Sequence record: OP136151.1
DNA: 60,610 bases
Strand: one strand, 5' to 3'
From: Escherichia phage Pondi
Shown here: piece by piece, positions 9,178 through 18,299 of the stretch
Layout: every line of letters begins with the position of its first letter
Numbering within the stretch: the stretch's first letter is position 1
The notes under the pieces: generated by a model
Database searches by the model: none
What the model was told of the DNA's origin: nothing
The model's input: only the letters and a program-made list of their open reading frames with translations
Made by a program: the position numbers and the translations under genes

Positions 9178-10014
9178 TCACAGCGTGGTAATTAACGAGA
9201 ACACCAGGCCAGCGGCTGTAGCGCCACCCAACATAGCCGGGAGTGCGACTAGTCCTACGTTAACCGATGATGTATCGGTCATCTGAGTAATACGGAGGCG
9301 GGTGCCGGACGGGATGTCAACTGCTGATGTCAGCCCGATGACCTGCAAAACGTTGTTACCACCCGCACCGCGAAGGTTGATATAACGTGCGCTCCCGGCT
9401 GTTGGTGTCCACGTTACGCCGTCCGGTGACGTCTCTACCTGAAAACCCCACGTTACCGCAGCGGAACCGCCAGTAGTGCGACGCACCTGACAAGTTATAG
9501 CCAGAGTACCGACAATGCGTCGCGCTGTGGTGAATATACCTGTGGCGTTGTCCAGCGTACCTAGAGCGGCGTTAGGTAATGCCTGAGCATTGAACACCAC
9601 AACCTGCGGGGTGTTGTTGGCGGTAACGTACTGATTCAGCGCAAGACCTGTAGTAGTGAAGGATGCACGAAACACAGCACTTACCGGACGGTTGACATCA
9701 ACGTTATCGCCGTAAGCCTGAATGTAGCGAGCATGTGCATACTGCACGGGTGAAAGGCACACAGCGCCCGGATTAAGGTCGAGTAATTGATTGACGCGCT
9801 GGGTGAACGATACGCTGTCGGCAGCGTCCACGATAAAATAGTTACAGGCGGGAACCTCGGTGGCGTCGGTATCCAGTGTCATTAGCTGAGTGTAGCGAGC
9901 ATTGAAGCAGACCACGCCGCACACAGGGAACCAGCCCATAGCCTGAGCCGCGTTTACAGAGTCGACGAGTTTGTTAGTGGTTTGCTCGGTGATGAGCTTG
10001 ACGGTAACGGTCAT
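9178..10014 (-). CDS. Hypothetical late protein, 278 aa, hydrophobic C-terminus
   Basis: Start moved to internal ATG at 10014, preceded by GGGAGGG; lies between large terminase and tail fibre genes. Confidence 0.5.
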   Translation of the reverse strand: MTVTVKLITEQTTNKLVDSVNAAQAMGWFPVCGVVCFNARYTQLMTLDTDATEVPACNYFIVDAADSVSFTQRVNQLLDLNPGAVCLSPVQYAHARYIQAYGDNVDVNRPVSAVFRASFTTTGLALNQYVTANNTPQVVVFNAQALPNAALGTLDNATGIFTTARRIVGTLAITCQVRRTTGGSAAVTWGFQVETSPDGVTWTPTAGSARYINLRGAGGNNVLQVIGLTSAVDIPSGTRLRITQMTDTSSVNVGLVALPAMLGGATAAGLVFSLITTL

Positions 10015-10073
10015 TAGCTGGCCCTCCCTGGGCGAAGTGGGGCACTCCATGCGCCCCGTGTGATGAGTATATC

Positions 10074-11705
10074 TTAAGCGACATCCGGTTCATAGCTGTC
10101 GTTGTAGCCACCCTCGATAACCGGGAAGGCGAACGTAAGGGCCAGCGCGTCACCAATATCAGGCGAGCGACCGATACGCTTCTTGATTTCGTCCTTCTTC
10201 TCAAGGCGCAGGCGGTCACCATCAAAGCGGTAGGTAGGCGCACAGAGGTCACGGCCCCAGTCATGACCCTGCGGAAGTGAGGCAGCGTTACGCATCCAGT
10301 CACGAATGCGGACCCACATTTCAGCGCGCTTGTTGGCGTACTTGTGTTCCTCGGTAGCCTTCTCTGCAAAGTGTACCATCGTCACATTGTGAGCGGCACC
10401 ACGGGCAGACAGGAGATCATGAACGCCAGTACCGTAACCGCCAGTGCCATCAATGAACGTATGGTTGACGCCGTACAGTTCCCGCAGTACGTGGAGGCGG
10501 TTGGCAATCTCGCCATTGGTCGCCTTGCTCAACTTCTCACAATGCAGGACCACACGACCACGACGCACCACGAAGGCCGTCGAGTCATCGCCCATTGCAG
10601 CAACGTCTACGCCCATAACGGTGGCACCGACAGGATCGAGCTTACCAGATTTCGCCCAGTACAACGCAGAGGCCACCATGTCACCAGTAATAAGCAGGTT
10701 GTCGCCTGTAGCCTGGAAAGCTAGCTCAGCGGTAGCGGGGTAATCTCGGTCAAAGCGTCGGGAGTCGCCATCGAGCAACTTGATTTGCTTACGACGCCAG
10801 AACATCTGGTCACGGTCCAGTCCGTAGAGACGGGCGTACTTTGCTTCCTCGTCGCTGTACACGAAGGAATCAGGAGCCTCGCTGCGGTACTCGTCTTGCC
10901 AGAACCACGGCACGAAGACACGGATAAAGCCGGAGCCGTCCGCATCCGTCAGGCTGTCATTGACCGCAGGTGATGCAAGCATCCACTGGGTATAGAAATA
11001 TCCTGATGCACCGTTGGCGGTTGACTCTAAGTAAACCTCGGTGCCGTCAGCGTTAGGGATGGCCTGCATGATACCTGATGCAATCTCGGCACCGTCATCA
11101 AAGAATCCGACCTCTGACCCGTGGAAGAAGGAAGCAGTAAGGCCACGTCCGGCAGACGTAGAGCCAGCGGTTGCTACTGCGTACTTGCTATCTAACTCAG
11201 GAAAGCTGAGCATCATGCCGTTATCGTGGCCCTTAACAGGCTGCAAGTCTTCCGGGCAATGCTGATGGTAACGCTTGGTCATGTCGAACAGGGCGGAGGA
11301 TGATTTAGCCTGATGCGCCATAATTAGCGAGTGATAAGCCTCGGTGTGAATCGTCTTCCAGTATGCGCGAGCCTGGACCGTGGTACTCATCCCCTGCTGG
11401 CGACCTTTAACGACCACAATACGCACCTTACCCGTGTGGTGCATCTGCCATGCTGCGATTGCATTCATGTATTGCTGAGCTTTGTTAAGCCGGATGGGGG
11501 CGATCGTGTTGTCCTTGCCACGGATAACAAGGCATCGCTCAGCGAAGAATTGGAACTCGGTACGACACTTGAGGAAAAAGGCGTCCATCTCTGAGTCATC
11601 TTCAAAGGTAAAGTTAACGCTATTTGCCTTCTTCTCTAAGTAATCGACCAGCATCCAGACATCGTCATCGGTGTTGGTGAACTCCCATACGTCACGTTTA
11701 GACAT
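10074..11705 (-). CDS. Terminase large subunit, 543 aa
   Basis: Deviant Walker A-like KGRQQGMST near N-terminus, size and domain order typical of large terminases; TAATG overlap with upstream small-terminase candidate. Confidence 0.8.
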   Translation of the reverse strand: MSKRDVWEFTNTDDDVWMLVDYLEKKANSVNFTFEDDSEMDAFFLKCRTEFQFFAERCLVIRGKDNTIAPIRLNKAQQYMNAIAAWQMHHTGKVRIVVVKGRQQGMSTTVQARAYWKTIHTEAYHSLIMAHQAKSSSALFDMTKRYHQHCPEDLQPVKGHDNGMMLSFPELDSKYAVATAGSTSAGRGLTASFFHGSEVGFFDDGAEIASGIMQAIPNADGTEVYLESTANGASGYFYTQWMLASPAVNDSLTDADGSGFIRVFVPWFWQDEYRSEAPDSFVYSDEEAKYARLYGLDRDQMFWRRKQIKLLDGDSRRFDRDYPATAELAFQATGDNLLITGDMVASALYWAKSGKLDPVGATVMGVDVAAMGDDSTAFVVRRGRVVLHCEKLSKATNGEIANRLHVLRELYGVNHTFIDGTGGYGTGVHDLLSARGAAHNVTMVHFAEKATEEHKYANKRAEMWVRIRDWMRNAASLPQGHDWGRDLCAPTYRFDGDRLRLEKKDEIKKRIGRSPDIGDALALTFAFPVIEGGYNDSYEPDVA

Positions 11706-12451
11706 TATTCGCCCCCGTTGCTCTTAAAGTTTGCTTGCAGTCGACGTAAGCGGTCGCGCTGTGTTTCTGCTTCGCCTTGTCCTTGCTCCACGTTATCCCA
11801 GCCTTTGAGGCGTGAGAGTAGCGCACTTGCAGCAATGACCGACTTCGGATCGTATTTACATTGGCCCTCAACTGGTAGACCCGTCAGGTTGTCGAACTCC
11901 TGTTTCAGTTGTAAGCCACGGTCGATGACCTGCCATAGCACGGCTTCGAGATATGCTTTGTTCCTTACAGGTGCGAATAAGCTACGGCCCTTCATGCTCG
12001 CCAGGTAGTCGGCAACGTGAGATGACCGCAATAACTCGGCGGCCTTCTTGTCAGCCAGTTGTTTATTGAATATCTCAAAGCTGGCGGCGGCGGCTGCGGT
12101 GGCGTTCATTCCCCTGAGTACGTTGTTGGCAAAGGATAGCTCGGCGTTATTGAGGTATAGCGCCTTGTTCCTGGCGTCAACAGGCACGGCCTCGGATGAC
12201 TGGAGCGGACTGACCGCCAGATCTTCAGGTTCCAGTGTACTGGTTGCCAGGTGCTGGACTGCGACGGCATGGTTAACACCGCGCTTTAGTCCCCGGTTGA
12301 GTGGTTCCGGCTTGATGATATTCCCGGTTCCGATATGTACGGCGGTCTTAAACTGATAATCATCGAGGCCATACTTTGCAGCCAGTAACGCGTCCGTCAC
12401 TTCGCCATCGAGATAATCAAGAATAAAACTCGCGCGGGTTTCTGGTGTCAT
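11705..12451 (-). CDS. Terminase small subunit (putative), 248 aa
   Basis: First gene of late block, immediately upstream of and translationally coupled to the large terminase; call is positional. Confidence 0.45.
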   Translation of the reverse strand: MTPETRASFILDYLDGEVTDALLAAKYGLDDYQFKTAVHIGTGNIIKPEPLNRGLKRGVNHAVAVQHLATSTLEPEDLAVSPLQSSEAVPVDARNKALYLNNAELSFANNVLRGMNATAAAAASFEIFNKQLADKKAAELLRSSHVADYLASMKGRSLFAPVRNKAYLEAVLWQVIDRGLQLKQEFDNLTGLPVEGQCKYDPKSVIAASALLSRLKGWDNVEQGQGEAETQRDRLRRLQANFKSNGGE

Positions 12452-12550
12452 GGCTTAGTCCCTGCGTAGTTTGTGATCACCTGCATAGCTTAACACTGTG
12501 ATGCAAGTCACACAAATATCGCGCGTCTGCTTAAAAAGGCCAGGTGTCTT

Positions 12551-12836
12551 ACCCTGCTCAACTTTTAGTTTTCGCGTAGCGCTGCGTAGATTGGTTACTT
12601 TTTAACCTGCGAAGGTAGGAATCTAAAAGCTAACGACGAGAACTAAAAGCGCGCGAAGATTTCTCGAAGCCTTCTTGAAGAGGCCACCCGCTAGATATTG
12701 CTTGCAGTCACCCTCAATAATTGAGAAACTAATTCTGTGCTTTTTGACCTTTGAATTATTAACAAGCTTTTAGTTAGTTATTATTTACTTCGCGGGTGAA
12801 AAGTAGTTAGTTAAGTATATAAATCTAACTAAAAGC
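12551..12836. repeat. Iteron-like 9-10 bp motif AACTAAAAGC / GCTTTTAGTT in five copies within the long noncoding region
   Basis: Copies read at about 12551, 12621, 12641, 12766 and 12827 in both orientations in a 451-bp gene-free region. Confidence 0.4.
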
Positions 12837-12878
12837 TTGTAAGTTTAAAGAAGCTCAGAAAGCACAGAATTAGTTTCT
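12724..12878. repeat. Composite imperfect palindrome: 20-bp perfect outer inverted repeat (12724..12743 / 12859..12878) and 15-bp perfect inner inverted repeat (12762..12776 / 12826..12840)
   Basis: Arms verified base by base; ends 10 nt upstream of the RBS of the first early gene; candidate origin, operator or terminus-associated structure. Confidence 0.6.
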
Positions 12879-12902
12879 AAATAACCAAAAGGAGTCTACA
12901 AG

Positions 12903-13583
12903 ATGTCAGACGTAAAAGTGCAGGGTGTAATGTTCCTCGATGAAGCTCGCCGTAGAGGCTTCACAACCTACGACGGGAAAGCGTGCCGTAATTGTGGTGG
13001 AGTGCTTCGCTACGTGTCCAATCGGGGATGCGTGGCGTGCAACCTTGAGCATAAGAAAAGCTATGCTGCGTCGGCTGCATTAAAACGTGAGGCTGCTCGC
13101 CAGGTGCGCAACGATGCAGCGGAAGCCGGGGAGAAGCAATATACCGGATCTCCGTGTAAGAAGTGCAACGGTACAGAGCGCTACACTGTCAATGGTGGTT
13201 GTGTGGCTTGCTCTAAGAAACAGGCAACAACCTTAGATAAAGCAAAGCGCGCTAAATATCACTCAACTGATAGCCTGGTTATGTGGGTAAACGAGCCGCC
13301 AGCGCCCAGCGTTGCACATCTATATAAGCTAATCCCTTTCCTGGCCTCCAACCCGGACGGCGGTAACTGGTCGCTACGTTACACCGATGCTCATCACCTT
13401 GCACCTTCAGGCATGAGATTGTTCACGGGGCGTGATGTCCTGGAGCGTCCGCAAATCATGCAGACCATCCGGGCAGACTACACGCTGAAGGGATACCGGG
13501 GCGGACACTTTGACATCGTTCCGCATATCGGCGAGGCCATGACGCAGGCCATCCGCTTAACTAACCTTGCACGGAGTAAATAA
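12903..13583 (+). CDS. Early protein with duplicated zinc-ribbon motifs, 226 aa
   Basis: Two CxxC-x12-CxxC units (CRNCGG...CVAC and CKKCNG...CVAC); AAGGAG RBS; first gene after the noncoding region. Confidence 0.55.
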   Translation: MSDVKVQGVMFLDEARRRGFTTYDGKACRNCGGVLRYVSNRGCVACNLEHKKSYAASAALKREAARQVRNDAAEAGEKQYTGSPCKKCNGTERYTVNGGCVACSKKQATTLDKAKRAKYHSTDSLVMWVNEPPAPSVAHLYKLIPFLASNPDGGNWSLRYTDAHHLAPSGMRLFTGRDVLERPQIMQTIRADYTLKGYRGGHFDIVPHIGEAMTQAIRLTNLARSK

Positions 13584-13584
13584 A

Positions 13585-13902
13585 ATGACGCAATTATGTT
13601 ACCTGAAGACCAACGTCGGACAGATGTATATTCGCGAGGCGTTGATAATGTCGCCAGATGGTAAAGAGTTTCGCTATACCGGGCGCGAGTGGGTCGACGT
13701 TGAACTGTCAATCGTTAACCTGATCAACATGGGGGCGGTTGAGGTAACAGAGGCAGACGTCAAAGCCTACACCACGATACCCCGCGCCGTGTACAGTACC
13801 GACAAAGGCCGCCACTTTGTGCAGGTTGACGGCAAACACCTGTACGAGTTCAACGACGAGCACGACGCTGTGATCTACGCTAACCGCATTAATGGCTTAT
13901 AA
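13585..13902 (+). CDS. Hypothetical early protein, about 105 aa
   Basis: Internal ATG of track ORF with GGAG upstream; abuts stop of previous gene. Confidence 0.5.
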   Translation: MTQLCYLKTNVGQMYIREALIMSPDGKEFRYTGREWVDVELSIVNLINMGAVEVTEADVKAYTTIPRAVYSTDKGRHFVQVDGKHLYEFNDEHDAVIYANRINGL

Positions 13903-13945
13903 CCTATAGGGGCCATCGCGCCCCACCCTTGACAGGAGACACATC

Positions 13946-14239
13946 ATGACTAATCAAATTATCTACGCTGAAGACGTGCGCTACTTCCGCAAACTTGCAT
14001 TGCGCCCCACCCTGGCCGCTATCTGTCAGCAAATCTTCGACGCTGGTTTTGATTGCCGCAACCAGTTCGCCGCACGCCGGGTATTATCGGCGCGTGACCT
14101 CGGCTACTGGCAGGAGTTCATCGCCTGCGCATTGCCAAGTGACTGGTTAGTTTGGGCGGCTGAGGACGTGAGCCGCAACCTTGAAACTGAAATGATGGAG
14201 TATTACAGTGACGCCATCACTGCTTTGCGCAAAATATAA
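13946..14239 (+). CDS. Hypothetical early protein, 97 aa
   Basis: ORF in early plus-strand array. Confidence 0.45.
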   Translation: MTNQIIYAEDVRYFRKLALRPTLAAICQQIFDAGFDCRNQFAARRVLSARDLGYWQEFIACALPSDWLVWAAEDVSRNLETEMMEYYSDAITALRKI

Positions 14240-14374
14240 CAGTCGGGTAACCACGGTATTTAAAATCACCCTCAACGGCGGGGAGTCCCTCGCCACTGTA
14301 GTCAGCCGCATTAAAGCCCAGCGTGACCGGGCGCGGCTGGTAGGCATTCACTTAGCTATAGAGGATCTCATCAA

Positions 14375-14653
14375 ATGAAAACATTAAAAGAGTTTTACCA
14401 GGCATACGCAGCATGGCTTGACGCTGGCGCACCGGAAGACCAGCCGTTTAGTCGAGCATATGGGTTGTGCGACAACCTTTTTACTCGGGGTTGCTACGAT
14501 ATACTGCGAGAGTTAAAGGGCCATTTCAAAAGTGAAGGTTATGATCCTGCTTACCCGTTTGGTGGGTCGGAAGTGTTCGAAACTGAAATGGATAACGAAG
14601 AGATGCACCTTAACCCTGAGCGCATCAAGTGGGTGAAAGACCATGCAAAATAA
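14375..14653 (+). CDS. Hypothetical early protein, 92 aa, paralogue A
   Basis: Shares FY.AYAAWLDAGAP...QPF...YPF...NPERIKWVKDHA with the next gene; GAGGA RBS. Confidence 0.55.
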   Translation: MKTLKEFYQAYAAWLDAGAPEDQPFSRAYGLCDNLFTRGCYDILRELKGHFKSEGYDPAYPFGGSEVFETEMDNEEMHLNPERIKWVKDHAK

Positions 14654-14939
14654 AACATTACAGCAATTCTATAACGCTTATGCCGCATGGCTTGACGCTG
14701 GCGCGCCACACAAGCAACCATTCTACCGCGATGCGGGATTGTGTCATAACCTGGGCAAGTTCGGCGGCGACCGTGACGCTTATATCGAGATGGGTCGCCA
14801 GTTTGAAGCGGCTGGACTTGATTACAAGTATCCCTTTAATGACGGTGAGGGGGATTATCTCGTTAAGTCATACGAGAGCCATCACCATATCAACCCTGAG
14901 CGAATCAAGTGGGTGAAAGACCATGCAAACAATCAGTAA
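14643..14939 (+). CDS. Hypothetical early protein, 98 aa, paralogue B
   Basis: Tandem paralogue of 14375..14653; 3' ends of the two genes share a near-identical 38-nt stretch. Confidence 0.55.
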   Translation: MQNKTLQQFYNAYAAWLDAGAPHKQPFYRDAGLCHNLGKFGGDRDAYIEMGRQFEAAGLDYKYPFNDGEGDYLVKSYESHHHINPERIKWVKDHANNQ

Positions 14940-15099
14940 CATGAAATTGAAGTTCAGCGGTCGCACTGTAGCTCTGATTACTACATTGATTAACGGTCGC
15001 ACTATATACCAGGTGTTGAGTAACACCTACGAGCCATCGCAGCGTGACATGTGGATTGATGCGGTCATCGCTAAAATACTGGAGGGTAAATTTAAATGA
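14923..15099 (+). CDS. Hypothetical small protein, 58 aa (below ORF-track cutoff)
   Basis: ATG at 14923 inside the repeated 38-nt stretch; fills gap; stop overlaps next start as ATGA. Confidence 0.4.
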   Translation: MQTISNMKLKFSGRTVALITTLINGRTIYQVLSNTYEPSQRDMWIDAVIAKILEGKFK

Positions 15100-15350
15100 C
15101 AGAGTTCGAGAAGTGGATCAACAACGCCCACATGACGGACAAGGACAGCGACCCGACGCAGCGCGATAAGGCCAATCCTTACACGCATCCTTACACTAGC
15201 GGCGCGTTTGACCTGCTCAACAGTGAGTTAGTCAAAGAGCTATTAGTCAACGCGTGGTTTGCAGGTCATGAAACGTCGCAGTATTCGCCCAACGCTTACG
15301 GTGACGCAAAGCGCTACGCCCGTGAGGTCATCGAGGATTTAACCAAATGA
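15096..15350 (+). CDS. Hypothetical early protein, 84 aa
   Basis: GGAGGG RBS; ATGA overlap with downstream gene. Confidence 0.5.
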   Translation: MTEFEKWINNAHMTDKDSDPTQRDKANPYTHPYTSGAFDLLNSELVKELLVNAWFAGHETSQYSPNAYGDAKRYAREVIEDLTK

Positions 15351-15946
15351 AAACGTTAAGCCACTATCAGAAACTGCGTGAAGATTACGCGTGCATCATC
15401 TCTAAGAACGCGCCAGCCTGGGAGCTAATCGAGGCCATCGACGACCTGATCAAGCTGATGACGTCTGATGACGGTCGTAACATGGTGGACGTTGCGCCGG
15501 GTCTGGTAATCGAGATCCCGACAGGTTGGACGCTGAATAAACACGACGTAGGTTATGTGAAGTTCACATTGCACGATCAGGGCGGTGGACGCGGCGGTAT
15601 TAGCGAGCGTGAAAACTGTTTCGTGACAACGTTCGACAATATTACACTGGGTAATTTTTCGAACGCCCGGAGCGCCTTCGATTGCCTGAGTAAGCACGCT
15701 ATGAACTCTGTCAATCAGCCGCACTTTCTCGGCGTACCGGTAAACCTGCCTAAAGGCTGGGGTATCAGTATCCATCACGACAGCAACACGATCAGCCTGC
15801 TCGACCATAACGGCTACAGGGTTGCTGCCGCATACCAGAAAATTAAAGGTAATTACGGGATCTGGTGGGAAGGTAAATATTATACCACTTTGAAAACTCA
15901 GCGAGAGGCCATCGAATGGCTTAACGATAAGGCTAACATATCATGA
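15347..15946 (+). CDS. Hypothetical early protein, 199 aa
   Basis: GAGGA-N9-ATGAAAAC initiation context; C-terminal part loosely similar to next gene (IPxGW...T..L.D). Confidence 0.5.
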   Translation: MKTLSHYQKLREDYACIISKNAPAWELIEAIDDLIKLMTSDDGRNMVDVAPGLVIEIPTGWTLNKHDVGYVKFTLHDQGGGRGGISERENCFVTTFDNITLGNFSNARSAFDCLSKHAMNSVNQPHFLGVPVNLPKGWGISIHHDSNTISLLDHNGYRVAAAYQKIKGNYGIWWEGKYYTTLKTQREAIEWLNDKANIS

Positions 15947-16272
15947 AAACTATTGCAGAGATCCGCGCCGCCCTGGTTGAACTGCTTGCTCAGATTGATG
16001 ATGATAACAACTATTCAATCTTTGAGTATTACGGGCAACAGTTGCGCATCCCTAAAGGCTGGTATATGAAGCGCGAAGGTAAGCACACCGTAACGTATAC
16101 CCTCGTTGACGCCAACAACGTAGCGTACGGCAAGGTGCGCAAGACTACCGAGGGTCACGCGTGGGCCTATGTGGACCGCGATCCGGGTGAAGCAGGGTAT
16201 CACGCTACACAACTGGGAGCGCTGCAAGGACTGATAGATCGCGCCTGGGGGTCACATGACACTACACGCTAA
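15943..16272 (+). CDS. Hypothetical early protein, 109 aa
   Basis: ATGA-coupled ORF. Confidence 0.5.
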   Translation: MKTIAEIRAALVELLAQIDDDNNYSIFEYYGQQLRIPKGWYMKREGKHTVTYTLVDANNVAYGKVRKTTEGHAWAYVDRDPGEAGYHATQLGALQGLIDRAWGSHDTTR

Positions 16273-16462
16273 CCAGCTTAAAGGTGCGCCAGGTTATCGG
16301 CGCTACTCATCCATCCCGGCGGCTATGAGTGCCGCTAAGGCGTGGCAACAATCAACGGGCCGTCACTATGGCCTTGTGCAGACCGCAGGCGATGAGATAG
16401 CGATCCGCGTCCACCGCCCTGATAGCAACCTTAAATTTATGTGGAGTACCCGTTATGCGTAA
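16256..16462 (+). CDS. Hypothetical early protein, 68 aa
   Basis: ORF with G-rich RBS; overlaps upstream gene by 17 nt. Confidence 0.4.
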   Translation: MTLHANQLKGAPGYRRYSSIPAAMSAAKAWQQSTGRHYGLVQTAGDEIAIRVHRPDSNLKFMWSTRYA

Positions 16463-16679
16463 AGTAACCGTTAGTCATGCTGTAAAGCAAAGCCTCAAGT
16501 ATCGCAGCGTGCGCCTGCAATTCACGCCGTTCTCCGTGTACCTGTCTTGTCATAACGATTGGGGGTTAACCGTCAATACCTTTAAGCTGGCGGATCGCTG
16601 CTCGTCATACGTTCCTAAACAGGAGCGCCAGAAGTGGGCCGACAAGGTGCTTAAGGCGTATGGGAGACTGACCAAATGA
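16455..16679 (+). CDS. Hypothetical early protein, 74 aa
   Basis: GGAG RBS; coupled to next gene. Confidence 0.45.
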   Translation: MRKVTVSHAVKQSLKYRSVRLQFTPFSVYLSCHNDWGLTVNTFKLADRCSSYVPKQERQKWADKVLKAYGRLTK

Positions 16680-17011
16680 AAACAGCACGCGCTAATATTA
16701 TCAATGCACTGCACGCCCTGGAGAACGGCAAGTCAGCCGCAGAGGTCACGGCGTGGCTTCAGGATGCTATAGACGAGTTAAAACCTGTAGGGCGCGGCGT
16801 ACGCCTGATGCGCAATCCGGTTATCGAGGGTTACAAACTTACACAGGTGCATAATATCGTGTACGTGGAACACCTGGACGGAGACAAGTTTGCGCACTTC
16901 GTTATCTGTCCTGAGAAGGTGACAATCTATCTCAAGGACCGTACCCCGGTAGACGTCAAGACGCTGGAGGCAGCCATCGACTACATAAAATTGGTAATTA
17001 ATTTAAAATAA
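16676..17011 (+). CDS. Hypothetical early protein, 111 aa
   Basis: GGGAGA-N8-ATGAAAAC initiation context. Confidence 0.5.
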   Translation: MKTARANIINALHALENGKSAAEVTAWLQDAIDELKPVGRGVRLMRNPVIEGYKLTQVHNIVYVEHLDGDKFAHFVICPEKVTIYLKDRTPVDVKTLEAAIDYIKLVINLK

Positions 17012-17015
17012 TTAC

Positions 17016-17044
17016 TTGACGCTAAATCTGTTTAGTAGTATCTT
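17016..17044 (+). promoter_or_regulatory. Sigma70-like promoter candidate (TTGACG-17-TATCTT)
   Basis: -35 and -10 hexamers with 17-nt spacer in the intergenic region upstream of gene 17098. Confidence 0.4.
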
Positions 17045-17053
17045 TAATTCATC

Positions 17054-17073
17054 GGGAGGCAACACCGCCTCCC
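17054..17073 (+). promoter_or_regulatory. Stem-loop in the predicted 5' leader (GGGAGGC-loop-GCCTCCC)
   Basis: 7-bp perfect stem about 10 nt after the predicted -10; possible 5' mRNA-stabilising hairpin. Confidence 0.3.
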
Positions 17074-17097
17074 ACCTCAAATAGAGAGAGAAATAAA

Positions 17098-17337
17098 ATG
17101 CAAACTATCATCACTAAATTCCTGGCTCCTACCAATACCCGTGGCGCTCGCATCGTTGCTAAATGCTGGAACGGTAAAGTGACCATTTCTTACCCTCACA
17201 CTGAGATTAAAGAAGCGCACACCGAAGCGGCCAACGCGCTGGTTGCTGACCTGAAAGCGCGCACCGATATTGAGTGGAACATTATCGCCAGCGGTGAAAC
17301 TCCAGACGGTACCGGATTCGCCTTCATCATCAAGTAA
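17098..17337 (+). CDS. Hypothetical protein, 79 aa, first gene of a promoter-proximal unit
   Basis: ORF downstream of promoter candidate and leader hairpin. Confidence 0.5.
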   Translation: MQTIITKFLAPTNTRGARIVAKCWNGKVTISYPHTEIKEAHTEAANALVADLKARTDIEWNIIASGETPDGTGFAFIIK

Positions 17338-17397
17338 GTAGTTTTATCAGGCATCTTGCGGGGTGCCTTATTAAAACCCCTTAACGGAGAAACAACC

Positions 17398-17712
17398 ATG
17401 AAACAGTTGGAAAATATCGCGGCACTGATGGCGGCAGAAAATATCAACATGCTGGATAGCGAGGCGGTGATCGCTTCCCTCAGAAAAACCGTGTTACCAG
17501 TGCATAACATCCGCGTTTACGAAGACGCGCAGTTGTTCGGTAAGCACATTAGCGCCATCAAGCCGGGCGACACCGTGTTACATAACGGCCAGGTGTGCAC
17601 CGTCACAGCCTCCAACCTGTCACGCGGTGACTTCATGGGCGCGCTGTTGTTCGGCGACTCCTACAGCCTGGGTAACAAGCCCGTAATCGTTATCACTAAC
17701 GTGAGATTTTAA
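17398..17712 (+). CDS. Hypothetical protein, about 104 aa
   Basis: Internal ATG preceded by ACGGAG; ATGAAACA context. Confidence 0.5.
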   Translation: MKQLENIAALMAAENINMLDSEAVIASLRKTVLPVHNIRVYEDAQLFGKHISAIKPGDTVLHNGQVCTVTASNLSRGDFMGALLFGDSYSLGNKPVIVITNVRF

Positions 17713-17714
17713 TC

Positions 17715-17984
17715 ATGACTAACATTAAATACCCAACGCCGCAAGAAGCCCTGGCCTATGCAGAGAACACCGGGCGCGCTAACGTGTTGCCGCTCGGCTG
17801 GGTGATAAAGGCTAATAAAGGTCACTCTATTGAGATTGAATTGTATTATGGCGCTCACCTGATGGCGGTCGCTTACAGCGATCACCTGGTGCGGTTCCGC
17901 AGTAAATATGAAACTGTGCAATGTAAAAGTTTTGATGAAGCAATGGGCCAGATTGTTCATCACGCATGGGAGATGGTGTCATGA
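17715..17984 (+). CDS. Hypothetical protein, 89 aa
   Basis: ORF; ATGA overlap with next gene. Confidence 0.45.
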   Translation: MTNIKYPTPQEALAYAENTGRANVLPLGWVIKANKGHSIEIELYYGAHLMAVAYSDHLVRFRSKYETVQCKSFDEAMGQIVHHAWEMVS

Positions 17985-18244
17985 ATACCTTAATGCGTCA
18001 GGCTCCGGCTGATACCGACTGGTCAATCTTTGTATCAAAGGCCATGCGTCACGCAGTAGCTGACCTGGTGGACCTCGACCGACTGGAGCGTTACGACGAT
18101 AATTTTTTTGCGGCTATCTTCCCGCCGCACCAGTTTACTACGACGCGCCGCCTGTTAGCTATGCACGGCATCAAGTCCACAGTAGCCAACCGCGCTAAGA
18201 TAATGCGCGAGGCTGCCCGGATGGTGAAGGAGGCCAGCCAGTGA
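17981..18244 (+). CDS. Hypothetical protein, about 87 aa
   Basis: ATG at 17981 overlapping upstream stop (ATGA). Confidence 0.45.
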   Translation: MNTLMRQAPADTDWSIFVSKAMRHAVADLVDLDRLERYDDNFFAAIFPPHQFTTTRRLLAMHGIKSTVANRAKIMREAARMVKEASQ

Positions 18245-18299
18245 GCACTACATTAACAATCGGTTTCTATGTAACGCTGGGCTATCTTTCTTTAACGTT

